From an uncultured archaeon (GTDB lineage Archaea > Thermoproteota > Bathyarchaeia > TCS64), in the NCBI GenBank assembly GCA_938048735.1, contig CALIUM010000011.1, forward strand, positions 24,816-88,815: DNA of 64,000 nucleotides, written 5' to 3'. The notes beneath the pieces are model-generated. The model made no database searches, was not told where the DNA came from, and was given only the letters and a program-made list of their open reading frames with translations. A program made the translations under genes and the position numbers. Shown piece by piece: positions 8,929 through 18,647 of this stretch. The stretch's first letter is position 1; each line of letters opens with the position of its first letter.

Positions 8929-10575
8929 ATGAGCATGAATTCCAAGGCTGGTGAGAGGAAGCCTAAGGGGGTTATTATTGCTCTTGGATTAATCCTAATC
9001 GCCATCTCCATGGCCGCCTTCTATCTCCTAAGGTCTAGAGAGGAGGTTCCAGAGAAGACATATATCTTCTCGGGGAGGGTGACCGACTCTGCGACGGGGT
9101 CTCCACTTAAAGATGCCACCGTTAAGGTGGCCGGGAGGTCTGTTAAGACCGATGAGGATGGTAGATACCGGGTCGAGCTTAGGCCTGGAAACTACTCCAT
9201 AACTGTGGAGAGGGAGGGCTACACCTCCAAGTCTGAGTTCTTGGAGATCAGGGATAAGGATGTCTCCATAACAATAGCCCTGGTCCAGGTGAGGAAGCCC
9301 ATCACCCTCGTCATCCTCACTAGGCACGACACGACTATACAGGAGAAGGCCAAGGCATCCTTCTTGGCTAGCAACATCTCAAAGGAGTTGAACATAGTTG
9401 ACTTGAGGTTCATGCCCTCCGCAGGGCCCCTATGGGAGGACTACCTCAAGAGGGAGGGGGAGGTAGATGTTGCTTGGGGAGGGGGGCCAACCCTCTTCGA
9501 CTCCCTCCTAAAATATTGGGCTCCCCCGGCGTCGAAGATCGCCATAAGCGTCATAGAGGAGATACCTGACAAGATCGGGGGGGCGCCAGTCAAGAGGTTC
9601 GGGGTTAACGGTAGCCTCCTCTGGGTCGCATCTGCCATCTCTAGCTTCGGATACACCGTGAATAAAAGGGGCCTGAGCTCATGGGGGCTTGATAAGCCCC
9701 TTTCCTGGAGGGATCTGGCCTCCCCAAGCCTAGCTGTTCTACCTTACCCCCAACTGGGGATAGCCGACCCCCTAAGGAGCACCAGCCATACCAGAATATA
9801 TGAGATCATACTCCAGGCCTATGGTTGGGAGGAGGGGTGGAGGGTGCTTGCCTTGATGGCGGCGAACTCCAAGATCTATGACAGCAGCGACGCAGTGAGA
9901 GAGGGAGTGATAACCGGAGACCTAGCGATAGGGATCACCATAGACTTCTATGGATACCAAGCCATGAAGGTCAACCCAGACACTGAGTATATCATACCAG
10001 AGGGGGAGTCCATAATAAACGGTGATCCCATAGCCCTCGTTGCCTCAACCAGGAGGAGGGAGGCAGCCGAGGCCTTCATAGCTTGGGTATTATCACCCGA
10101 AGGGCAGAAGCTGTGGCTGGACCCGAACATAAACAGAATGCCTGTGAATGCTAGGGTCTTCGAGACCCCTGAGGGGAGGGCCCGAGAGGACCTTAGAAAG
10201 CTATATGAACAGACCCTAAAGACAAGGGGGATAGAGTTCGACGATGAGAGGGCTCTAAGAACCGAGATGGCGATGCAGCAGTACTTCAAAGCCGTCCTAA
10301 TAGACCAGAACCTGGAGCTCAAGAGGGCTTGGAGGGAGGTGGCTAAGCTGAGAACATCAGACCCAGAGAGGTATGAGGAGCTGAGGGAGAGGTTGACCGA
10401 CATCCTCACATTTAAGGATCCCACCACGGGGAAGGTTGAGAGGTTCACAGAGGAGTATGCCACCACCATAAACCCGAGGCTCGCGGATCCGACATTCTCG
10501 GGCTCCATGATGAAGGCCTGGAGGGAGGCCGCTAGGGAGAGGTTCGCTGAGATATATAACTTGGCCTCTAGATAG
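8929..10575 (+). CDS. ABC transporter substrate-binding protein (PotD/FbpA-like, family-1 SBP) with an N-terminal TM anchor and a carboxypeptidase-regulatory-like beta-sandwich domain
   Basis: N-terminal TM helix; GRVTDSATGSPLKDATVKVAGRSVKTDEDGRYRVELRPGNYSITVEREGY resembles the CarboxypepD_reg fold; first gene of an SBP-permease-ATPase operon. Confidence 0.7.
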   Translation: MSMNSKAGERKPKGVIIALGLILIAISMAAFYLLRSREEVPEKTYIFSGRVTDSATGSPLKDATVKVAGRSVKTDEDGRYRVELRPGNYSITVEREGYTSKSEFLEIRDKDVSITIALVQVRKPITLVILTRHDTTIQEKAKASFLASNISKELNIVDLRFMPSAGPLWEDYLKREGEVDVAWGGGPTLFDSLLKYWAPPASKIAISVIEEIPDKIGGAPVKRFGVNGSLLWVASAISSFGYTVNKRGLSSWGLDKPLSWRDLASPSLAVLPYPQLGIADPLRSTSHTRIYEIILQAYGWEEGWRVLALMAANSKIYDSSDAVREGVITGDLAIGITIDFYGYQAMKVNPDTEYIIPEGESIINGDPIALVASTRRREAAEAFIAWVLSPEGQKLWLDPNINRMPVNARVFETPEGRAREDLRKLYEQTLKTRGIEFDDERALRTEMAMQQYFKAVLIDQNLELKRAWREVAKLRTSDPERYEELRERLTDILTFKDPTTGKVERFTEEYATTINPRLADPTFSGSMMKAWREAARERFAEIYNLASR

Positions 10576-10584
10576 GTCGGGGCG

Positions 10585-12408
10585 ATGATGTTCTGTTTGA
10601 GGGGGAGGTTCAGAAGGCTCCTCTTCGAGATAGATCTAACATCCCTAGCATTCATCTCGATACCTCTAGTAATCTTCCTCTTTTTCCTTATCTACCCCCT
10701 ATCAGAGATGCTTGTGATAGCCTTCACCAAGGACGGGAATCCATCCCTCTCCTGGTTCATGGACATCTTCACCTCGAGGTTTTACATAGACCCTATAGGG
10801 CAGGGATCCATACTCGAGTATAGCCCTGATTACAACCTCCTGTACATCCAGGGTAGGGATCACGGGGTCATCCTCAACTCGCTGATCGTCGCATCCTCGG
10901 TCTCCGGGATCGCAGGTCTCTTCGGGCTGATCATGGCCTTCATCCTAGCCAGATACGACTTCCCCGGGAAATCCCTCTTCAGGGTTCTCTCCATGACGCC
11001 CCTCCTCCTATCCCCCTTCGTCAATGTCTTCGTGGTGAAGAAACTGTTCGAGCCCTTCGGCCTCCTGAACTGGCTCCTCCATGAGGTGCTCAGGGTTCTG
11101 CCTTTCAGGGTTTACTTCGATGGCCTAGCAGCCGTGGTCCTGGTCCAGAGCTTAACCTTCTACCCCATCGTAGTTCTGAATACCTATTCAGCCCTCGTCA
11201 ATATGGATCCAACCATGGAGGAGCAAGGGGAGAACCTGGGAGCCAAGGGCCTAGTCCTCTTCCTTAAGGTTACCCTACCCCTCTCCCTCCCGGGGCTATT
11301 GGCAGGATCTCTGCTTGTCTTCATATTCAGTCTCGAGGACCTAGGGGCCCCCATAGTCTTCCATGGACATCCCCTCACGAGGAAGCTGATATCCTTCCAG
11401 GTCTACTCCCGCTTCATCAGCGAGACGGGGGTGAGGTCCCCGGAGATAGCTGCCCTCTCCCTCATCCTCCTCGCCTGCGCCATAGCCGTATTCCTCGCCA
11501 TAAAGAACTATGTTATGCTTAGGCCCTACGCCACCTTGAGCCGGGGTGGAAGATGGAAGCCTAGGCTTAGGAGGCTAGGCCCAGTGGGACTGGCAGCCGT
11601 ATACCTAATTCTTCCTCTCTTAGTGTTCTCATCCCTCCCCCAGTTAGGTGTCTTCGCCCTAGCCCTCTCCGAGAGGTGGGCTGGGTTGCTGCCAGAGGGC
11701 CTCACCACGTGGAACCTCATCCAGATCTTCGTTAATCCGAGGGTGTCTAGGTTTTTAATCAACAGCCTCACCTACGCCCTCATCTCCCTCGTGATTATGA
11801 TCTCCTTATCCCTGATGGCCTCCTACACCGCGAGTAGGATGAGGTTCAGGGGGGCGTCGCTCATAGATGCATTGGTCACATCTCCAATAGCCATTCCAGG
11901 CATAGCCATCGCCATAGCCTACTTCTACTTCTTCTCAAACCACTTCAGGGGCACACCAGTAGATCCAATAAATGTCCTCCAGTTCAACCCTGCCCCGATA
12001 CTGGTATTGGGCTACTCCCTCAGGAGGATGCCCTTCGCCGCTAGGGCCATATTCGCGGGGCTCCAGCAGGTACATGTCAATCTGGAGGAGGCAGCTATGA
12101 ATCTTGGGGCTGGGAGGCTTAGGACGATAGCTAGGGTCACAGCCCCCCTCATCTCCCTCAACATCCTCAGCGGGGCCCTTACGAGCTTTGTCTACGTTGT
12201 TGGGGAGGTGAGCCTCAGCATAATAATAGGTGTGCTGAACATGGAGTATGCACCCATGACAGCTTACATGAGGGATGTCTGGCTCTCAGCCGTGGGCTCC
12301 CTCCAGATAGCAGCTGCCCTGGGCCTCCTCCTCATGCTCATGCAGCTCTCCGTCATCCTGATCACCACCATTGGTCTCAAGCAGAGGTATGCCTTCATGG
12401 GTGTGTAG
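10585..12408 (+). CDS. ABC transporter permease, duplicated (two-domain) type as in Fe(III)/thiamine importers (FbpB/ThiP-like)
   Basis: 607 aa with ~12 predicted TM helices in two repeats; operon position between the SBP and the ATPase. Confidence 0.8.
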   Translation: MMFCLRGRFRRLLFEIDLTSLAFISIPLVIFLFFLIYPLSEMLVIAFTKDGNPSLSWFMDIFTSRFYIDPIGQGSILEYSPDYNLLYIQGRDHGVILNSLIVASSVSGIAGLFGLIMAFILARYDFPGKSLFRVLSMTPLLLSPFVNVFVVKKLFEPFGLLNWLLHEVLRVLPFRVYFDGLAAVVLVQSLTFYPIVVLNTYSALVNMDPTMEEQGENLGAKGLVLFLKVTLPLSLPGLLAGSLLVFIFSLEDLGAPIVFHGHPLTRKLISFQVYSRFISETGVRSPEIAALSLILLACAIAVFLAIKNYVMLRPYATLSRGGRWKPRLRRLGPVGLAAVYLILPLLVFSSLPQLGVFALALSERWAGLLPEGLTTWNLIQIFVNPRVSRFLINSLTYALISLVIMISLSLMASYTASRMRFRGASLIDALVTSPIAIPGIAIAIAYFYFFSNHFRGTPVDPINVLQFNPAPILVLGYSLRRMPFAARAIFAGLQQVHVNLEEAAMNLGAGRLRTIARVTAPLISLNILSGALTSFVYVVGEVSLSIIIGVLNMEYAPMTAYMRDVWLSAVGSLQIAAALGLLLMLMQLSVILITTIGLKQRYAFMGV

Positions 12409-12409
12409 C

Positions 12410-13477
12410 ATGGTCGGGGTTAGGCTTGAGAGCGTGACGAAGAGGTTTGGAAGGGTCGTGGCAGTAGATGAAGTCACCCTATCCATCAGGGATGGGGAGC
12501 TCTTCACTCTTCTAGGACCCAGTGGATGTGGGAAGACCACCGTCCTAAGGATCATAGCGGGCCTAGAGCTCCCAGACTCTGGGAGGGTCTACTTCGGGGA
12601 TAGGGATGTGACATTCATGAAGGCCTATGAGAGGAGGGCGGTGATGGTCTTCCAGAACTACGCCCTCTGGCCCCACATGAAGATCTATGACAACGTCGCC
12701 TTCGGCCTGAGGCTCATGGGGCTGGGGAGGGAGGAGATATTGAAGAGGGTGAAGGAGGCTCTAAAGATGGTGAGGCTTGAGGGTTTCGAGGACAGGTATC
12801 CGAATCAGCTCAGCGGGGGGGAGCAGCAGAGGGTAGCCCTAGCTAGGGCCTTAGTCGTAGAGCCTGAGGTCCTCCTACTAGACGAGCCCCTCAGCAATCT
12901 TGACGCCAAGCTGAGGGTGGAGATGAGGGAGGAGCTTAGGAGGCTCCAAAGGGAGTTCAAGATCACCTCGATCTATGTGACCCACGATCAAGAGGAGGCC
13001 CTAAGCATATCCGACAGGGTTGCGGTCATGAACAGGGGTAGGATCCACCAGGTTGGAACTCCTCTCGAGGTCTACGAGGAGCCGATCGACCCCTTCGTCG
13101 CCTCCTTCATAGGGAGGGCCTCAACAATATACGGAATCCTGAGCGGAGTGGAGGAGGGCCTCGCCGTAGTGGATTCGGGAGGCATGAGGTTCAGGGGGAG
13201 GCTCTTAGAGAAGGTTCCAGAGGGCTCAAGGGTTGTTGCCATATTCAGGCCTGAGGGCTTCACATTCGGCCTAGGGGGTAAAGGCCTCAACATATTCGAG
13301 GGGGTTGTCGACACCGTGATGTTCCTAGGCGCCCACTTCCACATAAGGGTCCAAGTGGATGGGGTGGAGCTCCTAGCCAGGGTTGAGCCTAGGATGGTGC
13401 CCGAAAAGGGTTCCAAAATCAGGCTTAGTATAGACCCTGACCAGGTTAAGGTCCTACCAACTCCCAATAAATCTTAA
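12410..13477 (+). CDS. ABC transporter ATP-binding protein (PotA/FbpC-like) with a C-terminal TOBE-like domain
   Basis: Walker A LLGPSGCGKTT; ABC signature LSGGEQQRVALARAL; Walker B LLLDEPLSNLD; the start at 12410 immediately follows the permease stop (the ORF track allows 12371). Confidence 0.85.
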   Translation: MVGVRLESVTKRFGRVVAVDEVTLSIRDGELFTLLGPSGCGKTTVLRIIAGLELPDSGRVYFGDRDVTFMKAYERRAVMVFQNYALWPHMKIYDNVAFGLRLMGLGREEILKRVKEALKMVRLEGFEDRYPNQLSGGEQQRVALARALVVEPEVLLLDEPLSNLDAKLRVEMREELRRLQREFKITSIYVTHDQEEALSISDRVAVMNRGRIHQVGTPLEVYEEPIDPFVASFIGRASTIYGILSGVEEGLAVVDSGGMRFRGRLLEKVPEGSRVVAIFRPEGFTFGLGGKGLNIFEGVVDTVMFLGAHFHIRVQVDGVELLARVEPRMVPEKGSKIRLSIDPDQVKVLPTPNKS

Positions 13478-13488
13478 ATTAGAACCCC

Positions 13489-15702
13489 ATGAATGAATCA
13501 CATGTGAGAGTTATTAAAATCCTCGCGATAATAATCCTCGTCACACTCACCTCTTTCCCCATCTACCCCTTAAGGGGTGAGGAGCAGCCTCCGAGGTTCA
13601 TAGAACCGAGGCTCGGAAACCCCTATTCGGCCCTGCCGGGGATGAGCCTCAACATAACCCTGACAGCCCCCTCCGAGGCTTCGGGATGGGCTGTGGAGGC
13701 GTACTCCATTGCCGAGGAGAAGGGGGGCCTAGCCCTCCTCAACTATAGCCTCCCGGTGGATGGGGTCTGGCTTGAGGGGTTGAGGTGGAAGATCCAGGTT
13801 AGGATACCCGATGGGATTAGACCAGCCCTCTACTGGGTCAGGGCGATATACAAGCTGGCCGGAGGGCTAAATTACCTAGAGGAGCCCGAATCCCTATGGA
13901 TCCTGGATAGATGGCCCGACGAGCTTACGATCCTCCAGTTGACGGATACCCACATAGGATACCAAGCTGAATCCTCTACGAGGACCCTGACCGGCCTGCT
14001 CATGGCCAAGCTCCTTAACGCCTCCATCATCCTCATCACCGGAGATGTGACTGACACGGCGACGGACTCCCAGGCCCAGGAGTTCAGATTCCTATTGGTT
14101 AACTATTCTCGTGGCACCCCCAAGTTCATAATACCTGGAAACCACGACCGCAAGACGGAGGCGTATGAGAAACATATTGGAGATAGAAACTATGCCGTGA
14201 ATATCGGCAGCTTCTCCATACTCGGCTTAGACACGGGTGATGAGGGCTATATAGGCCCCGAGCTGATAGAGTGGGCGAACAGGACCCTGAGGTCCATGAT
14301 GGGAAGGACTAAGATCGTCATGTTCCACCACCCCCTCTTCGATGGATCCGTCTATGGAACCCTGAGCTTCAACGGAACGCTAGAGAGGTCCTGGCTCTAC
14401 TCAAGCTGGAGGGGGGTTTACGAACTCGCCTCGAGGCTTCTCGAGGTTCTCATGGAGAACAACGTCACCATTGTCCTCTCGGGCCATATCCACACCGATA
14501 GGGTCCTCCTATTCAGATACATGAATGGGACCATATACTTCATGAGTACGTCTACGACGGGGGCTGGGAGGCCAGAGTACAACGGGGTTAGACTCCTGAG
14601 AGTCAGGGAAGACGGCTCCGTTATGATAATAACTCCTCCTTGGAGGGGCATCGATGGTTACCCCAACTCGATCCCCGTGGAGCCTGTGGCCTCTATAACC
14701 TCCGCAGGCGAGGTGAGACTGACGGGTGAGAAACCCCTATTCGGTTCAGTCTTCTCCAGCGACGGCTCCTCCCTAACCCTATCCCTAAATCTGCCCTTCG
14801 ACTGGCTGAGGCTTAGTGGGAGGGTAATACTCCCAACAAGTGGTAGGGCATCTAAAGATGACTATGCCCTTCATCTAACAAGGGCTGAAAATGGGAGTTC
14901 AGCAAACCTTCTAGACTCTATATCTCTGTCGGGCTTAAACTACTTCTTGGTTGATCTGAGGCTCCCGGGATCTTCAGGCCTGCTCTTCACGCTCTCAAGC
15001 TTTAAGGATCTCCTCCCCCCTTCCGCCTCCATAGCCTATATGGTTCCATCCACCCCCCAAGCCGGATCGCCGATAACCCTCTATCTTCAATCTAGGGATG
15101 AGGGGTGGGGGATCCTCTCGGTGATCCTAAGGGAAGAACTCAGGGTTGGGGATAAAGTGGAGCTCAAAGAACATCCCGCAAACAGGGAGAGGGGGGACCT
15201 ATACTCCGTAAGATTACCGGGATATCCACCCGGCTCCAACATAACCCTGACCTGCATAGCCCTGGATGCAGCCCTACTGGAGGGTATGAGCCCACCCCTC
15301 ACCATATCCCTCCCCCCTCCACCAGCACCCTCATTCAACCTCAAGGAGCTCAACATCTCAAAGGAGACGGCAGAGCCCAACGAGGAGATAAGCGTCAAGG
15401 TCACATTAGCCAATATTGGTAATGCTCAGGGCTCCCACAGGGTCTCCCTTAAGGTTAATGGGACGGAGCTACAAGGTATGGTGGTCGAGTTACCCCCAGG
15501 CAAAGAGACACTAGTGGAGTTCAAGTTAAGGCTCGAAAATGTGGGGACATACATCATAGATGTGGATGGATTAAGTAGGTCCCTAAAGGTCACACAGCCT
15601 CCCCAACCCGTCGGATTACCAGTTCAGTACATAGTTTTGGCAGTAATTCTAGCTTCTGTGATCGCTGCCCTGGCCTTGTATATGGTAAGGAGAAAAAGAT
15701 AG
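13489..15702 (+). CDS. Secreted metallophosphoesterase (calcineurin-like) with a CARDB-like domain and a C-terminal TM anchor
   Basis: Signal/TM at the N terminus; MPE motifs LTDTHIG, ITGDVTD, GNHD, GHIHTD; C-terminal Ig-like segment (ISVKVTLANIGNAQGSHRVSLKVNGTE) then a hydrophobic helix and RRKR. Confidence 0.75.
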   Translation: MNESHVRVIKILAIIILVTLTSFPIYPLRGEEQPPRFIEPRLGNPYSALPGMSLNITLTAPSEASGWAVEAYSIAEEKGGLALLNYSLPVDGVWLEGLRWKIQVRIPDGIRPALYWVRAIYKLAGGLNYLEEPESLWILDRWPDELTILQLTDTHIGYQAESSTRTLTGLLMAKLLNASIILITGDVTDTATDSQAQEFRFLLVNYSRGTPKFIIPGNHDRKTEAYEKHIGDRNYAVNIGSFSILGLDTGDEGYIGPELIEWANRTLRSMMGRTKIVMFHHPLFDGSVYGTLSFNGTLERSWLYSSWRGVYELASRLLEVLMENNVTIVLSGHIHTDRVLLFRYMNGTIYFMSTSTTGAGRPEYNGVRLLRVREDGSVMIITPPWRGIDGYPNSIPVEPVASITSAGEVRLTGEKPLFGSVFSSDGSSLTLSLNLPFDWLRLSGRVILPTSGRASKDDYALHLTRAENGSSANLLDSISLSGLNYFLVDLRLPGSSGLLFTLSSFKDLLPPSASIAYMVPSTPQAGSPITLYLQSRDEGWGILSVILREELRVGDKVELKEHPANRERGDLYSVRLPGYPPGSNITLTCIALDAALLEGMSPPLTISLPPPPAPSFNLKELNISKETAEPNEEISVKVTLANIGNAQGSHRVSLKVNGTELQGMVVELPPGKETLVEFKLRLENVGTYIIDVDGLSRSLKVTQPPQPVGLPVQYIVLAVILASVIAALALYMVRRKR

Positions 15703-15779
15703 GATATATGAATCCCGAGTTTTCAGCTAGATCATGAAGCTTTAACTGTTGGTGTTATAGAACCCTTTGTGAGGGTCCC

Positions 15780-16043
15780 TCATACATCTCCATTCTCCCT
15801 CATCTTGACATCCTCGTAGGGGGCTGCAACCCTCCTGTAGAACTCCTGCTTGATGCATTCTAAAACTCCCATGGCTCTGTTCAGGTGGAAGTACCTCAGT
15901 GGATAGACCTCCTTCAATATCTTCGTGACAACATAGTTCAATTCTCCATCAACCTCCTCAACAGGCAGAGACTTCAAGATACCAATGAGCTCCTCCAAAA
16001 CCTTCTCATATTTGGGCCTCTTATCCCTACTAATATAAGGCAA
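15780..16043 (-). CDS. Hypothetical small protein (87 aa)
   Basis: ORF only; in an intergenic gap between two annotated genes; no recognisable motif. Confidence 0.35.
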   Translation of the reverse strand: MPYISRDKRPKYEKVLEELIGILKSLPVEEVDGELNYVVTKILKEVYPLRYFHLNRAMGVLECIKQEFYRRVAAPYEDVKMRENGDV

Positions 16044-16097
16044 AGTTATTCCTCCCGATTAGATCTCCGGTCGATCCAGTATTTAACGAGTTTTCAG

Positions 16098-17228
16098 TTA
16101 GACCAACTTCATAACTTCTTGATTCGGCTGGAAGGTCTCTCTCAGGAACTGGATGAGGTCCTCCTTCACCTGGAATATCTTCGTGGAGTACCACTCGAAG
16201 AAGGGGCTTGGCTCATACGGGTAATAAACGTATACGAACTTCGCCAGGCTTCTAGCCTCGACCATCTCGCACATCACCCCGGCGGAGAGCTGCTCCCTGG
16301 GGTGGTAGGCCACGACCGCGTAGCAGCTCTCGATGATCTTGTAGTCTATGTCTATTATCTGGGCCCTGATGTTCTTTATGGCAGCCTCCACCTCCCAGGA
16401 GTCGAGCTCATACTCCTTCAGCCCTTCAGCATAACCTATGGAAACCCTTATTCTGCCAGGTACACTCACCCCCTTCTCCCTCGCCTCGTTCCTGACCCTC
16501 CTCCAGGCATCCACGATGCTCCAATCCTTTATCATTGAGGGGATGAAGACCGTGCAGTAGGGCTGGATCTCTGAGGCGAAATCCTTGACCTCCTCTAGAA
16601 ACTGGCTTGATTCCCCTGTTATTGGGTGGCTGAGGTAGACCTTCCTCTTACCCCTGTCGAAGACGAGTTCTTTCAGGAGCCCTATGCCGTGCTCCCGCGC
16701 CACTATGTAGAACTCCCTGTGGGGGGTGAAGCTTCTGGAGAGGCTGTATATCCCCTTGATCTCCTCCCTCCTCCACTGGGCCAGCTCCCCTATAGTGAAG
16801 TGGTGCTCCATCCACTGGGGGTCCCTCCTAAGCCTCTCCCTCACCCTGATGAGGTCGTCTATCACGACGATGAATATGTCGGGGTTGAGGCTCTTAACCT
16901 CCTCCAGCTTCAACCCCTCATATGACATCCCCCTCCACTCGAAGTGGTAGGGCGTGCTTATGATGTGGACCCCTCCACACCCCTTCGTCTCCTCTATAAT
17001 CCTCTTTATAGCCGCCTCCCTGAAAGCCTCGAGCTTATCAGGCTTGCTGTCATAGAAGTCCAAAACATTGAGCTTACTAAGATAGTAACCTTCCCTTCTC
17101 GCCTCCTCCACGATGTAGTCGAAGAGATGATAATAAGAGAACTCCTCCCTCCTCCTCAACTCCTCGAGATAATCATCCCTACCGCTACCAGGCTGGCCAC
17201 AACAGATTACCACGATCCTCTCCGACAT
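16098..17228 (-). CDS. Uncharacterised protein with an N-terminal P-loop-like motif (putative nucleotide-binding/kinase-like)
   Basis: IVVICCGQPGSGRDDY glycine-rich loop after a beta-strand; 376 aa; no confident family assignment. Confidence 0.5.
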   Translation of the reverse strand: MSERIVVICCGQPGSGRDDYLEELRRREEFSYYHLFDYIVEEARREGYYLSKLNVLDFYDSKPDKLEAFREAAIKRIIEETKGCGGVHIISTPYHFEWRGMSYEGLKLEEVKSLNPDIFIVVIDDLIRVRERLRRDPQWMEHHFTIGELAQWRREEIKGIYSLSRSFTPHREFYIVAREHGIGLLKELVFDRGKRKVYLSHPITGESSQFLEEVKDFASEIQPYCTVFIPSMIKDWSIVDAWRRVRNEAREKGVSVPGRIRVSIGYAEGLKEYELDSWEVEAAIKNIRAQIIDIDYKIIESCYAVVAYHPREQLSAGVMCEMVEARSLAKFVYVYYPYEPSPFFEWYSTKIFQVKEDLIQFLRETFQPNQEVMKLV

Positions 17229-17504
17229 CCACCACTATATATAGCTGAAAGCACACTAGCTGATAAGTTTGACCTAGAACGCTCCCATTAGCTCTCCTCA
17301 GAATCCATCGGATTAGAACTCTATTTGATCCTTTAATCTCTATCGATGGGTCTATCCTGATACGGTTGAGGTTAAATTAGGAAAGGGTTATTGGAATATC
17401 TCTCCACATACCAGACAGCTCCTTGATAAATATGCTAGACAGGATAGGCCTATCAAAACAACTCCTAATTATAAACCTCTGTTAAGATATCTTAGGGTGC
17501 ATCC

Positions 17505-18530
17505 TTGCGCGCCGCCATGTATTATAGGAATGACGACATAAGGATGGTGAAGATGCCCATCCCTAGGATCGGGGAGGGTGAGCTGCTGCTAAAGGTGATG
17601 GCATGCGGGATATGCGGAAGCGATGTGATGGAGTGGTACAGGGTGAAGAGGGCCCCGAGGGTTCTCGGACATGAGGTGGCCGGGATGATCTCGGAGGTTG
17701 GCGGGGGAGTAGAGAGCTTTAAAGTGGGCGACAGAGTTGTGGTCTCCCACCACGTCCCGTGCAACACCTGCCGTCACTGCCTGAGGGGGGAACACACCGC
17801 CTGTGAAACCCTTCATAGGACCAACATCGATCCAGGAGGCTTCGCCGAATATGCCAGGGTTCCAAGAATAAATGTGGACAGGGGCGTCTTCAGACTGCCA
17901 GAGGAGGTGAGCTTCGAGGAGGGGGTCTTCGTAGAGCCCCTGGCCTGTGCTCTAAGGGCTCAGAGGAGGCTTGGCATCCGCCCGGGGGACACCGTCCTCA
18001 TCCTCGGAAGCGGGGTCTCAGGGATCCTCCACATACAGTTATCCAGAATCTTGGGAGCCGGCAGGATATTAGCCACCGATATAAATGAGTATCGGCTTAG
18101 GGCTGCCGAGAAGTTTGGCGCCGACATCTCCATAGACGGCAGAATGGATGTTCCCAAACTCCTCAGGAGCTTCAATGATGGGAGGGGAGCCGACCACGTC
18201 ATCGTCAGCACCAACGCCATCCCGGCCATAAGGCAGGCATTCCAATGCGTCGATGATGCGGGAAAGATCCTATTCTTCGCCCCAACACCACCGGGCTTCG
18301 AGATCCCCCTAGACATCAACGACCTCTGGAGCAGGCAGATAACCCTGACCACAAGCTACGCGGCAGCCCCATCAGACCTATTAGCGGCCCTCGAGCTCAT
18401 AAGAGCAGGCCGCGTCAAGGTCAGGGATATGATAACCCACAGGCTAAGCCTAGAGGAGACGGGCATAGGATTCAGGATCGTCGCCGAGGCTGGAGATTCG
18501 CTCAAGGTGGTGATAGAGCCACATCAATAA
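17505..18530 (+). CDS. Zinc-dependent alcohol/threonine/sorbitol dehydrogenase (MDR family)
   Basis: Catalytic zinc motifs CGICGSD...GHEVAG; structural zinc Cys cluster (CNTCRHC...C); Rossmann GSGVSG. Confidence 0.8.
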   Translation: MRAAMYYRNDDIRMVKMPIPRIGEGELLLKVMACGICGSDVMEWYRVKRAPRVLGHEVAGMISEVGGGVESFKVGDRVVVSHHVPCNTCRHCLRGEHTACETLHRTNIDPGGFAEYARVPRINVDRGVFRLPEEVSFEEGVFVEPLACALRAQRRLGIRPGDTVLILGSGVSGILHIQLSRILGAGRILATDINEYRLRAAEKFGADISIDGRMDVPKLLRSFNDGRGADHVIVSTNAIPAIRQAFQCVDDAGKILFFAPTPPGFEIPLDINDLWSRQITLTTSYAAAPSDLLAALELIRAGRVKVRDMITHRLSLEETGIGFRIVAEAGDSLKVVIEPHQ

Positions 18531-18647
18531 AATCTCAAGAGGTTGAGCTCCACCATCAACAAATTATTGGTCGTTTTAGCTATAAAAGAATACTTATAGA
18601 TGCTAGAAGGGGATGGGCTTCAGGATTAGTTGGTCGATGGAGGAGCT

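Noticed and set aside
9948-10655. 235-aa minus-strand ORF inside the ABC substrate-binding protein gene
   Set aside because: It is antisense to a gene with clear domain evidence, and its Ser/Leu-rich composition is typical of shadow frames.
15885-16538. 217-aa plus-strand ORF
   Set aside because: It lies antisense across two well-supported minus-strand genes, with low-complexity Leu/Pro-rich content. It is a shadow ORF of GC-rich coding DNA.
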